Under the pieces are notes generated by a model. It saw nothing but the letters and a program-made list of their open reading frames with translations. It had not been told where the DNA came from and did not search any database. Source: a virus (lineage: Duplodnaviria > Caudoviricetes). From it: DNA of 47,472 nucleotides. Of this stretch, positions 1-9,982 are shown piece after piece (the stretch's first letter is position 1; every line of letters starts with the position of its first letter). Where the stretch lies: the IMG/VR virus record IMGVR_UViG_3300020003_000003, positions 1 through 47,472 of that record; one strand, written 5' to 3'. The translations under genes and the position numbers were made by a program.

Positions 1-140
1 ATCCTCCCACCGGAGGCATCTCGACAACAACCTCCTGGGTGTTCTCCAAGATAATCCAGCCGTTCAAAGACGGCACCCTCAAGCATGCAAATGTCTTTGG
101 AGCGTCCATCTATGATAACCCAGGAATATCTCGTGATGAG
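1..140. repeat. Terminal direct repeat (assembly circularisation overlap), left copy
   Basis: Identical to 47332-47472 except for one missing G (CCGGAGGCATC here vs CCGGAGGGCATC at the right end). Confidence 0.95.
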
Positions 141-893
141 ATCACACGACTTGAGGCTATCTACCCCCTCGGGAGTCTATCCAGACGTATCCGACTTGAA
201 GGTGAGTGGCTTCCTGGCATTGGAGGTGCTCGTGCCTACGGGTCGTTTGAACGTGGTCTCCATGTTAGAGAACAGCCTGAAATTGCAATCAGGCGTCCGC
301 TGTGTTGGACCTGGGACTTTAACGTCGAGCCTATGGTTAGCCTCGTCGGACAGGTGGATGGAAGTGTCTATAGGGTTCTCCGAGAGCTTATCCTCGACGA
401 AGGAAGCATTCCTGAGATGTGCGAAATGTTCAGGCACCACTTTCCGAGCCATGAAGCTGAAATCTGGCTCTACGGGGACGCTTCTGGCGAGCGTCGCACA
501 GGGCAGACTGGGAAATCCGACTATTTCGTGGTTATGCAGGAGATGCGGAACTTTAATCTCCCCCTAAAAATGAAGGTTCCTCCGGATAATCCTCGTATTC
601 CTGATCGTGTAAATGCAGTAAATCGCCTCTGCAAGGATGAAAAGGGCCTAATTCGCCTTCAGATTGACCCTTCTTGCACCGAATTGATAGGCGACCTCGA
701 AGGGGTGCTTCGGGACCAAAAAGGGGGCATTTTTAAGACTAGAAACAAGAAAGACCCCTATTTTCGACGTACCCACACCTCAGATGCCCTTGGATATTGG
801 CTTTCTTTTGAAGAGCCAGTGCGTCCGCCAAGCCAGCATATCCGATCTGACATCAGAATAGGGGCTCCTGGCTATGCCTTTGGACGACGATGA
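39..893 (+). CDS. terL: Terminase large subunit, C-terminal (nuclease) part; continues from 46750 across the circular junction (about 491 aa in total)
   Basis: RNase H-like terminase motifs WDFN, YGDASG and HTSDALGY; in frame with the ATPase half at the right end; followed by the portal gene. Confidence 0.92.
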   Translation: MFSKIIQPFKDGTLKHANVFGASIYDNPGISRDEITRLEAIYPLGSLSRRIRLEGEWLPGIGGARAYGSFERGLHVREQPEIAIRRPLCWTWDFNVEPMVSLVGQVDGSVYRVLRELILDEGSIPEMCEMFRHHFPSHEAEIWLYGDASGERRTGQTGKSDYFVVMQEMRNFNLPLKMKVPPDNPRIPDRVNAVNRLCKDEKGLIRLQIDPSCTELIGDLEGVLRDQKGGIFKTRNKKDPYFRRTHTSDALGYWLSFEEPVRPPSQHIRSDIRIGAPGYAFGRR

Positions 894-1077
894 GATTATT
901 CAGCGTAGATATGGCAAAGTCCTAACGCCGAGGAAGCGCTGCAAAGTGTGCCAAATACCCATGAACTCCGATACTGAAAACCGCCTTGGGGTCCATGTCC
1001 GATGCGTGTATGATACGACCACTAGAATGAAGAAGTACAAAATCCCAGGACCCCGATATGGCAGAGCCCGCAGTTAA
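874..1077 (+). CDS. Small basic protein with CxxC...HxxC (possible Zn finger)
   Basis: Fills the TerL-portal gap, overlapping both genes; CKVC...HVRC. Confidence 0.55.
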   Translation: MPLDDDEIIQRRYGKVLTPRKRCKVCQIPMNSDTENRLGVHVRCVYDTTTRMKKYKIPGPRYGRARS

Positions 1078-3049
1078 GGGTAAGCAGCCTGGAGCCGACG
1101 AGCCAGTTGGCGAAGAGGAGGGCCTCTCCGTCATCCAGGCAGTTAGAGCCTGCTTCAACGAGGCTGAAGAGGGGAAGCGGCAGCGCCTGGCCCAAAACCG
1201 CATCAACCGGGACGCCTACTTCGGCAGGCAGGACTGGTCCCATAAGCAGGAGGGTCAATCATCTGAATTTCTACCTAAGGTTTCGACCTCCGTAGAGCAG
1301 ATGACCGCCTTTATCAAGCGTGGCTTGATGAAGTTCGGAGACTGGTATTCGGTTGATCTAGATCAGACCATATCCCAGGTAGTTTCGGGGCAGCAGATTA
1401 GATCGGTACTGAACTGCTTTCTCAACGATCTCTGGACAGGTAACAATAATGCCACCTCTATACCACTCGTTATCGCCGATGCGGTTAAGATGGGCCTCCT
1501 AGAGAGCCTTATGATCGTCAAGGTGCATGGAGGCATGGTTCCCGTGCGCCGGTACGCATATAAGAAAGGAGACATGATGGTTCCCGAGGAGGGGGGCCAA
1601 CCTGAACAGTCCCATGATCTTCAGATGGAAGAGAATATGGAGTGGAAGCTCCGTATTGATCTAGTTCGACCTGAAGATTACTATCCCGACCCCACTGGCA
1701 ACGGTCTCTACGAGATACACCGTGTTGAAAGGGATCTCCACGAAATACTAGATGCTGCAGAAGCAGGCGTCTACGATACTGCGGTTGTAAAGGAACTGAT
1801 TGACACTGATTATAAACGGCCGGAAGATGAAGAGCGCAGCGATAGTGCCCGCAACCAGCCAGAGACGACAACTCCTGCTTTTAGGAAGAGGGTCGTCCTG
1901 GATGAGTTCTGGGGGACCCTCCTCAATGACGATGGCACTGTTGCTCACCGTAACTGTGTCTGTACTGTCGCCAATGATAAGTATCTGATCCGCCCTCCAG
2001 AATTCAACCCGTTCTGGCATCAGGAGAGCCCCTTTATAGCGGTGCCCCTGGTTCGAGTACCGTTTTCAGTCTGGCACAAAGCTCTATATGATGATGCCAG
2101 CAGTCTGAACCTCGCCCTCAACGAGATGTTCAACCTAATGCTTGACGGCGGACTTGCAGCTGTTTGGGGTATCAAGCAGCTGCGCATCGAAGATTTGGAA
2201 GATCCAAATCAAGTTGCTGGCGGAGTACGCCAAGGCATGACCCTCGCCGTCAAGCAGACTCTTCCCCACAACGCAGACGTTATGAAGAATGTTAGCACTG
2301 GCAACGTTCCTCAAGATGCCATGGCTGTCTTCTCTGCGTTGGATAGAGAGTTCACCCAGGCCGCTCTAACCAACGAACTGAAACTGGGCTCCCTTCCTCC
2401 GAAGCAGGTCCGTGCCACCGAAGTAGTGGAGGCATCCCAATCTCAGGCGGTCACTCTTGATGGCTTGACGGCTGATATCGAAAATAGCTTCATCCAAGTC
2501 CTCTTGTATAAGGCCTGGCTGACTATCCTGCAAAATGCAGATGATCTGCCCGAGGACGCCATGCAAAGCGTTGTTGACCGCTCCGTGGCGTTGCTGTTAA
2601 TGAGAGCCAGCCCGGAAGAACGGTTTGCCATGTTCGCCGGCAAGTCAAAGTTCCGGGTCTTTGGTCTGTCAGGCACAATGGCTAAGGCTCTGGACTTCCA
2701 GAAGATGATGTCTATGATGCAAGCTGTTCAGATGAACCCAATGCTCTTCCAAGCCTTCATGCAGCGGTTCTCGCCCGAGAAGGCCCTACGGTTCATCATG
2801 AACAGGCTGAACCTTAATCCGGACGATCTAGAGAAGAGCCAAGACGAGTTGAAGCAAGCTGCTGAAGAAATGCAACGTACTCAAGAGGCGGCCAATATGC
2901 TGAACCCGCCCGGAGGGGGCCAGGCGGCAGGCCAGTCAGCCCCGGGTGCTGCTGCTAAGGGCGGCCCTCCTCTGGGCGGGGGTAGTCAGGTTCCTGCCGA
3001 AGTCAATCAGCTGACCAACCCTAAATCAGGATTACCTCCCAATGCGTAA
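1058..3049 (+). CDS. Portal protein
   Basis: 663 aa directly after TerL; podovirus/P22-like portal features (DYYPDP, NPFWH...PF, RATEV) and a Gln/Gly/Pro-rich C-terminal tail. Confidence 0.88.
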   Translation: MAEPAVKGKQPGADEPVGEEEGLSVIQAVRACFNEAEEGKRQRLAQNRINRDAYFGRQDWSHKQEGQSSEFLPKVSTSVEQMTAFIKRGLMKFGDWYSVDLDQTISQVVSGQQIRSVLNCFLNDLWTGNNNATSIPLVIADAVKMGLLESLMIVKVHGGMVPVRRYAYKKGDMMVPEEGGQPEQSHDLQMEENMEWKLRIDLVRPEDYYPDPTGNGLYEIHRVERDLHEILDAAEAGVYDTAVVKELIDTDYKRPEDEERSDSARNQPETTTPAFRKRVVLDEFWGTLLNDDGTVAHRNCVCTVANDKYLIRPPEFNPFWHQESPFIAVPLVRVPFSVWHKALYDDASSLNLALNEMFNLMLDGGLAAVWGIKQLRIEDLEDPNQVAGGVRQGMTLAVKQTLPHNADVMKNVSTGNVPQDAMAVFSALDREFTQAALTNELKLGSLPPKQVRATEVVEASQSQAVTLDGLTADIENSFIQVLLYKAWLTILQNADDLPEDAMQSVVDRSVALLLMRASPEERFAMFAGKSKFRVFGLSGTMAKALDFQKMMSMMQAVQMNPMLFQAFMQRFSPEKALRFIMNRLNLNPDDLEKSQDELKQAAEEMQRTQEAANMLNPPGGGQAAGQSAPGAAAKGGPPLGGGSQVPAEVNQLTNPKSGLPPNA

Positions 3050-3215
3050 ACCTGTCGCCGTGGTCCTGATAGGGGACGAGACTTTCACAGCCAGGATCGT
3101 TCGCTGGCTTAGGGAGCATCATATCCTCGAAGATAAAGGAACGGTTATGCCTATCCTAGCCAAACCAAAGCGAAAGAAGGCTAAGAAGAAGCCTAAGAAG
3201 AGGAGGTCATACTGA
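3042..3215 (+). CDS. Small 57-aa protein with Lys/Arg-rich C-terminus (not in the ORF track)
   Basis: ATG overlaps the portal end; TGA overlaps the next ATG (TGATG); MRKPVAVVLIGDETF...KPKRKKAKKKPKKRRSY. Confidence 0.6.
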   Translation: MRKPVAVVLIGDETFTARIVRWLREHHILEDKGTVMPILAKPKRKKAKKKPKKRRSY

Positions 3216-3490
3216 TGGCCAAATCGTCAGGCATGGCCAACCATGATGGCCATATGCCTACAATCCAAATCGGAAGCCCAGGAGGCGGCATGTCAGCATC
3301 TGAAAATAGGATGGTCAATCACAAAGGAAGGACCATCGGCAGCAAGAGCGGCCCCAAAGCCACCAACGACGGCAAAGACCTTGGCCCCAATGCCAAGAAC
3401 AAGATCAGCGGTCCTGCTGGCCTTCTGACCAAGGAACAGAGCCCGACGAGCTGGCCCCAGAGTCGCAATAGGGGAAAGCACTACAAGTGA
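3215..3490 (+). CDS. Hypothetical protein, low complexity and basic
   Basis: GGAGG RBS; coupled to both neighbours. Confidence 0.6.
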   Translation: MAKSSGMANHDGHMPTIQIGSPGGGMSASENRMVNHKGRTIGSKSGPKATNDGKDLGPNAKNKISGPAGLLTKEQSPTSWPQSRNRGKHYK

Positions 3491-3795
3491 AGAATGGCAA
3501 TTCCGAAGAAACCCTTATCAAGGAGCTGATGCACAACGCCCAGGCCTCTGGCAACAGGGTTCTGGAGCAGCGCATGGCTGACCTGACAGTCTGGTTCTAC
3601 AACAACCGCAATAGGGTGCCCAGAGACAATCTGGCCAGCCGTCAGGCCCTCTTGGAGAAGGCCTTCTGGACTCTGCTGGAAGTCAATGCCCTGCTGCTAG
3701 AACGCAATCATGAGTTGGAGGCCATGCGTAAGGGCCGTTCCAAGCTCTGGCTGCCTAGCGGCATAAAGGTCAGTGGGGATCAGCAGTATGGTTGA
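3487..3795 (+). CDS. Hypothetical helical protein
   Basis: GTGA overlap with the upstream stop; lies in the head operon. Confidence 0.6.
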   Translation: MKNGNSEETLIKELMHNAQASGNRVLEQRMADLTVWFYNNRNRVPRDNLASRQALLEKAFWTLLEVNALLLERNHELEAMRKGRSKLWLPSGIKVSGDQQYG

Positions 3796-4081
3796 TCGCA
3801 AGGAACAGGACAGACGGCTTCGACGCTTCGACGCTATGGATGCAGGCAGAGATGCTGCTCTTGTATCTTCCATTGTTGTTCCTCTCATCAACGGCAGAAT
3901 AACCACCTACGTTCAGCAGTTGGCGGGTATGTATCGAGGCGGACAGGTTAATCATGACATGCTGTTGGGCAAGGTCGCTGAGATTACAGCGATGCTCAAC
4001 TTGATAGCCGATCTGGAAGGAGCCCAGCGGCAGGGCGATATAGCGGCAGAGAAGGAGCTTGGTGATGGCCAGGAGACCTAA
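3788..4081 (+). CDS. Hypothetical head-module protein
   Basis: ATG at 3788 overlaps the previous gene end; a small helical gene between portal and scaffold is typical of podoviruses. Confidence 0.6.
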   Translation: MVDRKEQDRRLRRFDAMDAGRDAALVSSIVVPLINGRITTYVQQLAGMYRGGQVNHDMLLGKVAEITAMLNLIADLEGAQRQGDIAAEKELGDGQET

Positions 4082-4760
4082 GAAATCAGATCAGGGCGGT
4101 TTTCCGGAGGATGGCGATCAGATGAATGTCGATCCGCCAGAGCCTCGTCCTGAAGAGGAACCGCCGGAGGAAGAGGAACCTGAGGAAGAGCCTGAAGACG
4201 ATCCGGTCGCCACTATGCAAAAGCAGATCGACCAGATGAAGTCCGATCATGCTAAGGAGATGGCTGACCTGAGGCGAACCATTCCTCCTGTCACTCCCAA
4301 GGAACCGAAGGAAGAAAAGCCCAAGACCAGCTATAAAGATCTGATCTTCACTGATCCTGATAAGGCAGTTGAACAGATCCAAAGAGATGCCGTAGAGCAG
4401 GCAACTACTCAGCTTCGCGGTCAGTATGAGCGGGACCAGGGTCAGAAACGCTTTTGGGAGGGTTTCTACGAGAAACACAAGGACCTCAAGGACGATAAGG
4501 ACCTTGTGGAGCTGACCTTGAACAGCAACCTGCCCAGCCTGGCCAATATCCCCGTTGACGACGCTATGAAAAAGCTAGCCGACTTGACGCGGGAGCGAAT
4601 TATACGATACTCGGGCGGGACGAAGCGAAATGGCAAGAAGGCCGTTGTGGAGGGAAATAGTCCTCCATCTGAAAGACGAGCCCCTGCTATTGGCGCAGAG
4701 GTGACCAGTCTTGGAGACGTCATCAGAGCCAGAAGGCGCAAGCGTGCCTCTGCTGCTTGA
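4065..4760 (+). CDS. Capsid scaffolding protein (putative)
   Basis: Acidic Pro/Glu-rich N-terminus, coiled-coil middle and basic C-terminus; immediately upstream of the MCP; GGAG RBS. Confidence 0.72.
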   Translation: MARRPKKSDQGGFPEDGDQMNVDPPEPRPEEEPPEEEEPEEEPEDDPVATMQKQIDQMKSDHAKEMADLRRTIPPVTPKEPKEEKPKTSYKDLIFTDPDKAVEQIQRDAVEQATTQLRGQYERDQGQKRFWEGFYEKHKDLKDDKDLVELTLNSNLPSLANIPVDDAMKKLADLTRERIIRYSGGTKRNGKKAVVEGNSPPSERRAPAIGAEVTSLGDVIRARRRKRASAA

Positions 4761-4772
4761 TGGGAGAGCTAA

Positions 4773-5717
4773 ATGCCACAGTTTACCTGGACCTTTGATG
4801 CCCCCACAGGCACCTACAAGAACCATACCCTGGCTCAGAAGTTGTATGAGGCTGCCGTCGAGAACTCGGTCTTTGTAGACCATGTTAGGACGGTCGATGG
4901 GTATGGACGGAACAAGGGTGAGTCTGTCACCCTGACCAGGGTCCAGAACATTACCGAGCCAGTATCGGCCGACCTCGAGGAAACCACTCGCATCCCTGAG
5001 GACGAGTTCAACCTCTCGACCAAAGTGATCACCGTCAAGGAGATCGGCCGGGCTGTCCCCTTCACCAGCCTCTCCCAGGACCTCTCCCACTTCGACACTG
5101 AAAACCCAATCCAGCGGAAGCTGCGGGACCAGATGCGCCTGGTGCTGGACACCAAGGCAGCGGTGGCCTTCAAGAAGGCAAGCGTCAAGTACGTGCCTAC
5201 GGGAGCGGCTACCAACAACATCACTACCAACGGAACGCCTGGTGCAGCCGCAACTGCCAACATGAACGTCTTCCATGTCGAGGAAATCAGGGACTATATG
5301 TTCGACACTATTCAGGTTCCACCCCTGGAAGGCGACGACTACCTTGGTATCTTCCGCACACTCGGTCTAAGGGGCATCAAGCGGGATGCTAAGTGGGAAG
5401 AGTGGCACAAGTATCAGGATGCCCAAGCTAAGTACAACGGCGAAGTGGGCCGGATCGAGGGCATCCGCTTTATCGAGACCAACCATGCGAGGGCGTTGGG
5501 CAAGATCGGCACCAGCTCCGTCCTCGGAGAGGGTGTTATCTTCGGCGAGGATGGCATCGCTCTGGCAGAGGCTATGACCCCTGAGCTAAGGGCGGCCATC
5601 CCTGGCGACTTTGGCCGCTCCAAGGCAGTTGCCTGGTACGGCATCCTGGAGTTCGATATCATCTGGGACACTGGCAACCCTGGCGAGGCCAGGATCGTCC
5701 ACGTCTCCAGCACCTAA
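4773..5717 (+). CDS. Major capsid protein (HK97 fold, resembles the N4-gp56-like family)
   Basis: 314 aa after the scaffold; motifs GESVTLTR, GEVGRIEGIRFIET and DFGRSKAVAWYG; strongly biased codon usage; tandem TAA TAG stops. Confidence 0.88.
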   Translation: MPQFTWTFDAPTGTYKNHTLAQKLYEAAVENSVFVDHVRTVDGYGRNKGESVTLTRVQNITEPVSADLEETTRIPEDEFNLSTKVITVKEIGRAVPFTSLSQDLSHFDTENPIQRKLRDQMRLVLDTKAAVAFKKASVKYVPTGAATNNITTNGTPGAAATANMNVFHVEEIRDYMFDTIQVPPLEGDDYLGIFRTLGLRGIKRDAKWEEWHKYQDAQAKYNGEVGRIEGIRFIETNHARALGKIGTSSVLGEGVIFGEDGIALAEAMTPELRAAIPGDFGRSKAVAWYGILEFDIIWDTGNPGEARIVHVSST

Positions 5718-5728
5718 TAGGAATGTAG

Positions 5729-5995
5729 ATGGCCTTTAACCCTGCAAATCTGACGCTTATCAGTAGGACCACCATCGCAGGGGTCGGCCAGATACATCTA
5801 TGGGCATATTCTACTGCGGACAACCTAAGCGTTGTAAACTCTGGAAGTTATCTTCCAAATCCCCCTACAGCATCTCCTCTTCGGAACGGGGACATCTTGG
5901 GAATAACTGCAGGCAACGGTAACGCCTTAGGAATGGTGCACGAGTCTGGAATAATCGAACTAGGAAACGGTATCGACAACTTCTGGGCTATCTAA
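5729..5995 (+). CDS. Small virion protein (possible capsid decoration)
   Basis: Directly follows the MCP; small beta-rich sequence. Confidence 0.5.
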   Translation: MAFNPANLTLISRTTIAGVGQIHLWAYSTADNLSVVNSGSYLPNPPTASPLRNGDILGITAGNGNALGMVHESGIIELGNGIDNFWAI

Positions 5996-6006
5996 GAGGA
6001 ACTGCC

Positions 6007-6429
6007 ATGTACGACCATCAGAAGATGGATATTATGATCGCTATGAATGCAGCGATCGAGACTCTCGCCGATCCAATACCTGCGGCTCGATGGTTCCCTG
6101 GATATCAGCCAGTCCTAGTTAGAGCAGTATGGGCGGTCATTACTGTAGCTAATACGGTGGCTCCAACAATCTTAACCTATAAGTTTAGGCCAACTCCGGG
6201 AAGTGCTTCTGGCGAGATTGTACTGGGTACTCTAACTATCCCTATCAACGCTGCTGTAGGCAATTGCTACTACGAGAAAGTAGCAGTGGAGCCAACCAAG
6301 TGCACCCCTGGTGGAGAGATAATCGTGTCCACTGATGGAGGCGGCACTGTAGGAAATGCTTCTGTAGGCGTCTTCGCCGAACACAGCTGGGATACCCCAG
6401 GTAACAACACTCGCATGATCGCTGCCTAA
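6007..6429 (+). CDS. Virion structural protein (beta-rich, possible decoration/cement)
   Basis: GAGG RBS; position in the head cluster. Confidence 0.55.
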   Translation: MYDHQKMDIMIAMNAAIETLADPIPAARWFPGYQPVLVRAVWAVITVANTVAPTILTYKFRPTPGSASGEIVLGTLTIPINAAVGNCYYEKVAVEPTKCTPGGEIIVSTDGGGTVGNASVGVFAEHSWDTPGNNTRMIAA

Positions 6430-6662
6430 TGGCCTTCTCCCTCAAAACCCATATCCCCAAGAGGGGAGACGCCGAGGGTAAGATCGGCCGCTATCAGCCC
6501 TATGTGCGGATCAACCATGTGGATGGTCCACCTCTCTTCATCCAGGGCGGCAAGTACTACAGTGAAGGCGGCGAGCTTATCAAAGAGCTGCCCGACTGGG
6601 TAGACGACGAAGTCGCCAAGATGAGCCCCACTGCAAAGCGAGAGTGTGGCCTGGAGAAATAA
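6429..6662 (+). CDS. Hypothetical protein
   Basis: TAATG coupling with the upstream gene. Confidence 0.6.
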   Translation: MAFSLKTHIPKRGDAEGKIGRYQPYVRINHVDGPPLFIQGGKYYSEGGELIKELPDWVDDEVAKMSPTAKRECGLEK

Positions 6663-7007
6663 GTGGCAGTCGGTTTAGTCACAACACTTCCAGCAGCAGG
6701 CGTCTGGGTTGCCGAGTGGGCTGCCCTGGCTAACGCCGAGGCAGGCCTCCCTGCATCTATTCCTGTCGAAGCTGCCACCCGATCTGTGCAAGTTAGTGGC
6801 ACCTTTGGAGCAGGCGGCAACTGTATCATAGAGGGCTCCAACGACGGAACTACCTGGGCCACTCTAATGAACAGTCTTGGAACAGCTCTAGCTACAATCA
6901 CAACAGCTGTAATCCATGACATCCTACAGAATACCCGCTTCATCCGGCCTAGGATAAGTGCTGGAGATGGAACAACAGCCTTGAAGATCACTATAGTAGC
7001 GGTATAA
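6663..7007 (+). CDS. Small beta-sandwich virion protein
   Basis: VQVSGTFG...IEGSNDGTTW...RFIRP pattern, common in phage structural clusters. Confidence 0.6.
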   Translation: MAVGLVTTLPAAGVWVAEWAALANAEAGLPASIPVEAATRSVQVSGTFGAGGNCIIEGSNDGTTWATLMNSLGTALATITTAVIHDILQNTRFIRPRISAGDGTTALKITIVAV

Positions 7008-7008
7008 A

Positions 7009-7962
7009 GTGCCCCTAGCCAATGCCAGAGAACTCAAGGAAGATGTACTGTTCCGAGCTTCTGAGCCGATAAACGGCTCTTCGGGCTGGGACAGCAAGGT
7101 TATGGATTACATCAATAGGGTCTACCGTACCCTATCCACTGGGGCTTCCGAATTCCTTCCTGAGTACGTCGAAGATTGGTGGTGGATGCGTCAGGATGCG
7201 ACGCTTCTTCTCGAGCCGGTCTACTCAGTAGGCACTGTTGCAGTGGTCCAAGGATCAGCTGCAATTACCTTCACTCCAGCTCCCGCCGACTCGCAGGCAG
7301 GAAGGCGCCTGCGTATCAAGTCCGGGACGGCTCCTCCTGATGTATTCGTGATAGCTGCCCACACTGGAGGAGCTGGACCGGCGACCCTGGATGGCAACTA
7401 TACAGGTGAGACCAACGCCCTTGCCTCCTTTGACAGTATGAAGATCGAATACGCTCTATCCTCGTCTGTCCAGGTCCTGATGAGCCCAATCGTAGCCTTC
7501 CAGATGCCAGATCGTATCTATGGTGTCCCTCCTGAGCGCATGGACGAGCTGTTTCCCCTGGTTAGGTTGCGACCTGGTATCCCTCAGGCCTTCGCCCTCG
7601 AGGACGAACGGACAGTAAGGTTCTCCCACGGAGGGAAGAACGACGGGAAGCATATGCGTGTTGAGTATCGCTTCAGACCCTTTGTCATAGACCTGACAGA
7701 CAGTATTGGCTCCATCCCACTGGTTCCAACACAGTGGATGCACGTCCTCTCAGACATGGCCCTGGTATATGTCCTACTCGACAAGAATGATGATCGCAGC
7801 AATGCTGCAGCGCTTGGTGCAAGGACTGGACTGGCTGCAATGCTCAAAGAAAACCGGCGCCGGAACGTCAAGATGGACTATCTGGCTGGCCACATCGCCC
7901 CTCGTCAGAACAGTCAAAGCAAAGGTCCGCTCCGTACTGAGTCGGGGCTCATCATAGGATGA
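7009..7962 (+). CDS. Head-tail adaptor / tail tubular protein A-like
   Basis: Helical N- and C-termini (MDYINR, PLVPTQW...L) around a beta insert; precedes the nozzle-like gene. Confidence 0.65.
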   Translation: MPLANARELKEDVLFRASEPINGSSGWDSKVMDYINRVYRTLSTGASEFLPEYVEDWWWMRQDATLLLEPVYSVGTVAVVQGSAAITFTPAPADSQAGRRLRIKSGTAPPDVFVIAAHTGGAGPATLDGNYTGETNALASFDSMKIEYALSSSVQVLMSPIVAFQMPDRIYGVPPERMDELFPLVRLRPGIPQAFALEDERTVRFSHGGKNDGKHMRVEYRFRPFVIDLTDSIGSIPLVPTQWMHVLSDMALVYVLLDKNDDRSNAAALGARTGLAAMLKENRRRNVKMDYLAGHIAPRQNSQSKGPLRTESGLIIG

Positions 7963-7965
7963 TCG

Positions 7966-9579
7966 ATGGCCTACCGGGGCGTAACAGCAAGGCTGCCCGT
8001 TGGCAGTCAGGGCTTTACAGGTACTAAGAACCCCAGCCAGGCCGGCCCAGGCCATCTTACCCTAGTCGACGGCGCTGAACTTGATGGAGGCATCATCCGT
8101 AAGGAGGGTGGTGCCCAGAAGATTAATGCTGCCGCCCTTGGTGCTGGCTCCGTCATTGTCAGCGGTATCAACTGGGACCCTGTTTCTGGGGTCAGGCATG
8201 ATGTTGTCTTTCTAAGCGATGGCACTGTCCGACAGGATACTGGAGCGGGCACCTTTCCCACTACTATGGTAGCGGGCCTGACCAATGTAAGGGAGCCTCC
8301 CCCTTACTTCATGCCTGCAGGTGGGGAAGCAGTTGGAGGCGTTCGTAAGCTGTTTATGTTTAGCGGCCCTAACCAGGTGCATGTTGCCTTGGCCGCTGCA
8401 GGCACAATGGCCCCTATTGGCGCTCCAGCAGCCGACTGGACGGCCGGGGCCTTTCCCACCTTTGGGGTCCAACACGGTGCCAGGGTGTTTGCAGGGGGCA
8501 ACGCCAGCGACCCCCATCGCATCTACTATAGCACTGTCACCGATCACGGAAACTTTACCGGAGCTGGCAGTGGAACAATAGCGATCTATCCTGGTGAGGG
8601 AGAGCGTCTGGTAGGAGGCTTATCCTTCAGAGGCGCTTTGGTCCTCTTTAAGTACCCTTTTGGTATCTACATAATCAACACTGCCGACCTAACCCCAGCC
8701 AACTGGATTGTGGCTAGGATGACCAGGGCGGTAGGCACCCTAAACCAACATACCATAGTCCAGATCGAGAATGATGTTCTCTATATGGACCATGTAGGCA
8801 ATATTCATCTATTGAGTGCAACCCAGGAATTTGGAGATGTTAATACAAGCGATCTTAGTAAGGTCGCTACCTTGGAACCCTTTATTCGCACTGAGATCAA
8901 CAGAACGGTCATCCGCCGCATAGTGGGGGCATGGTATGCTGCCAAAAAGCAAGCGTGGTTTACTCTCCCTCGCACTGGCGCTACTGATAATAACCTACGT
9001 CTTATCATCGGTTTTGAGCAGCAGCCCAGTCAACAAGGAGCAGCCCCGCCTCGCTTCTTCATGTCCCGCAGAGACGTCTGTGTATCGCTGTGGATGAAGC
9101 CTGATGCAGCCCTGATACCAAGGCCAACCATAGGAGATGCCTCTGGCTTTATATGGCGCCTAGATGATACTTCCAGAAATAAAGATGGAGTGGCTTATCA
9201 GATCAATTTCGAGACGGCCAATACAGACCTCTCTTTTATAGATGAAGCCCTGGCCACCAGAATGAAAGCGGGCCAGTTTCTCGAGTTGGCATCTGAGCCT
9301 CGGGGCGACTGGGACTTGACAGTTAACGTCTTCTGGGATGATATCTTGACGGATACCCTCCAGTTTAGCATGGGTGGAGGAGGGGCTGTGTTAGGCGCCT
9401 TCATCTTAGATACAGATGTCCTTGGAAGCGACGTTGTTGCCTCTTCGAGACAAAGACTAACCGGCAGTGGACGACGTATCAAGCTATCTGCTCTCAATGG
9501 AGGTCTTGATCAGGACGTAAGTATATCAGAGTTCCATCTGAGCTTCACGCCGATGGATGAGAGGATTAGAGATGGCTAA
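7966..9579 (+). CDS. Tail nozzle / packaged-DNA stabilisation protein (P22 gp10 / T7 gp12-like beta-propeller)
   Basis: 537 aa with propeller-like repeats (HGARVFAGG, RIYYS, GALVLFK); podovirus gene order. Confidence 0.72.
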   Translation: MAYRGVTARLPVGSQGFTGTKNPSQAGPGHLTLVDGAELDGGIIRKEGGAQKINAAALGAGSVIVSGINWDPVSGVRHDVVFLSDGTVRQDTGAGTFPTTMVAGLTNVREPPPYFMPAGGEAVGGVRKLFMFSGPNQVHVALAAAGTMAPIGAPAADWTAGAFPTFGVQHGARVFAGGNASDPHRIYYSTVTDHGNFTGAGSGTIAIYPGEGERLVGGLSFRGALVLFKYPFGIYIINTADLTPANWIVARMTRAVGTLNQHTIVQIENDVLYMDHVGNIHLLSATQEFGDVNTSDLSKVATLEPFIRTEINRTVIRRIVGAWYAAKKQAWFTLPRTGATDNNLRLIIGFEQQPSQQGAAPPRFFMSRRDVCVSLWMKPDAALIPRPTIGDASGFIWRLDDTSRNKDGVAYQINFETANTDLSFIDEALATRMKAGQFLELASEPRGDWDLTVNVFWDDILTDTLQFSMGGGGAVLGAFILDTDVLGSDVVASSRQRLTGSGRRIKLSALNGGLDQDVSISEFHLSFTPMDERIRDG

Positions 9580-9982
9580 ATACGACCATGTGAAGAGGTC
9601 TAAGTTCGTCCGCTTTGGTCCTAATGGCGAGCTGGAAGAGTTGTTCTGTAAGATGTGTGGAACTGCCATTGGTGGTATGACTGAGAAGGTCAAAGGAAGA
9701 CGCTTCGAGAATGGTGTCTGGATCGAGGAGCGCATCCTTCAGTTTCGGCGCTTTCACAACTATGTTGAACTAAAGATGGAGTTCTGGGATGGTTCTGCCC
9801 ACGTTACCAGCGGATGCAGGGATTGTCTGGGTGAAAGTCTGACGTCAGATCAGATGTATGAGTTGCATCTGGCTGATATGGAGATGGATCTGGAAGGGGG
9901 CGGCTCTCATGCTGGGATATGTAAGACACGGGTTCCTCGCAGGGTGGTTGCTGTTAGATCGGACGGAGGAGGTTTAGCGTGA
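9572..9982 (+). CDS. Hypothetical protein with two CxxC motifs
   Basis: CKMC and CRDC; GAGG RBS before ATG 9572. Confidence 0.6.
   Translation: MAKYDHVKRSKFVRFGPNGELEELFCKMCGTAIGGMTEKVKGRRFENGVWIEERILQFRRFHNYVELKMEFWDGSAHVTSGCRDCLGESLTSDQMYELHLADMEMDLEGGGSHAGICKTRVPRRVVAVRSDGGGLA

Noticed and set aside
4086-5713. Long antisense ORFs (e.g. 4575-5276, also 21960-22646 and 23074-23652)
   Set aside because: Shadows of strongly biased sense genes; no RBS or recognisable motifs.
5700-5995. Programmed frameshift or read-through extending the major capsid protein
   Set aside because: Tandem TAA TAG stops, no slippery heptamer, and the next gene has its own start.
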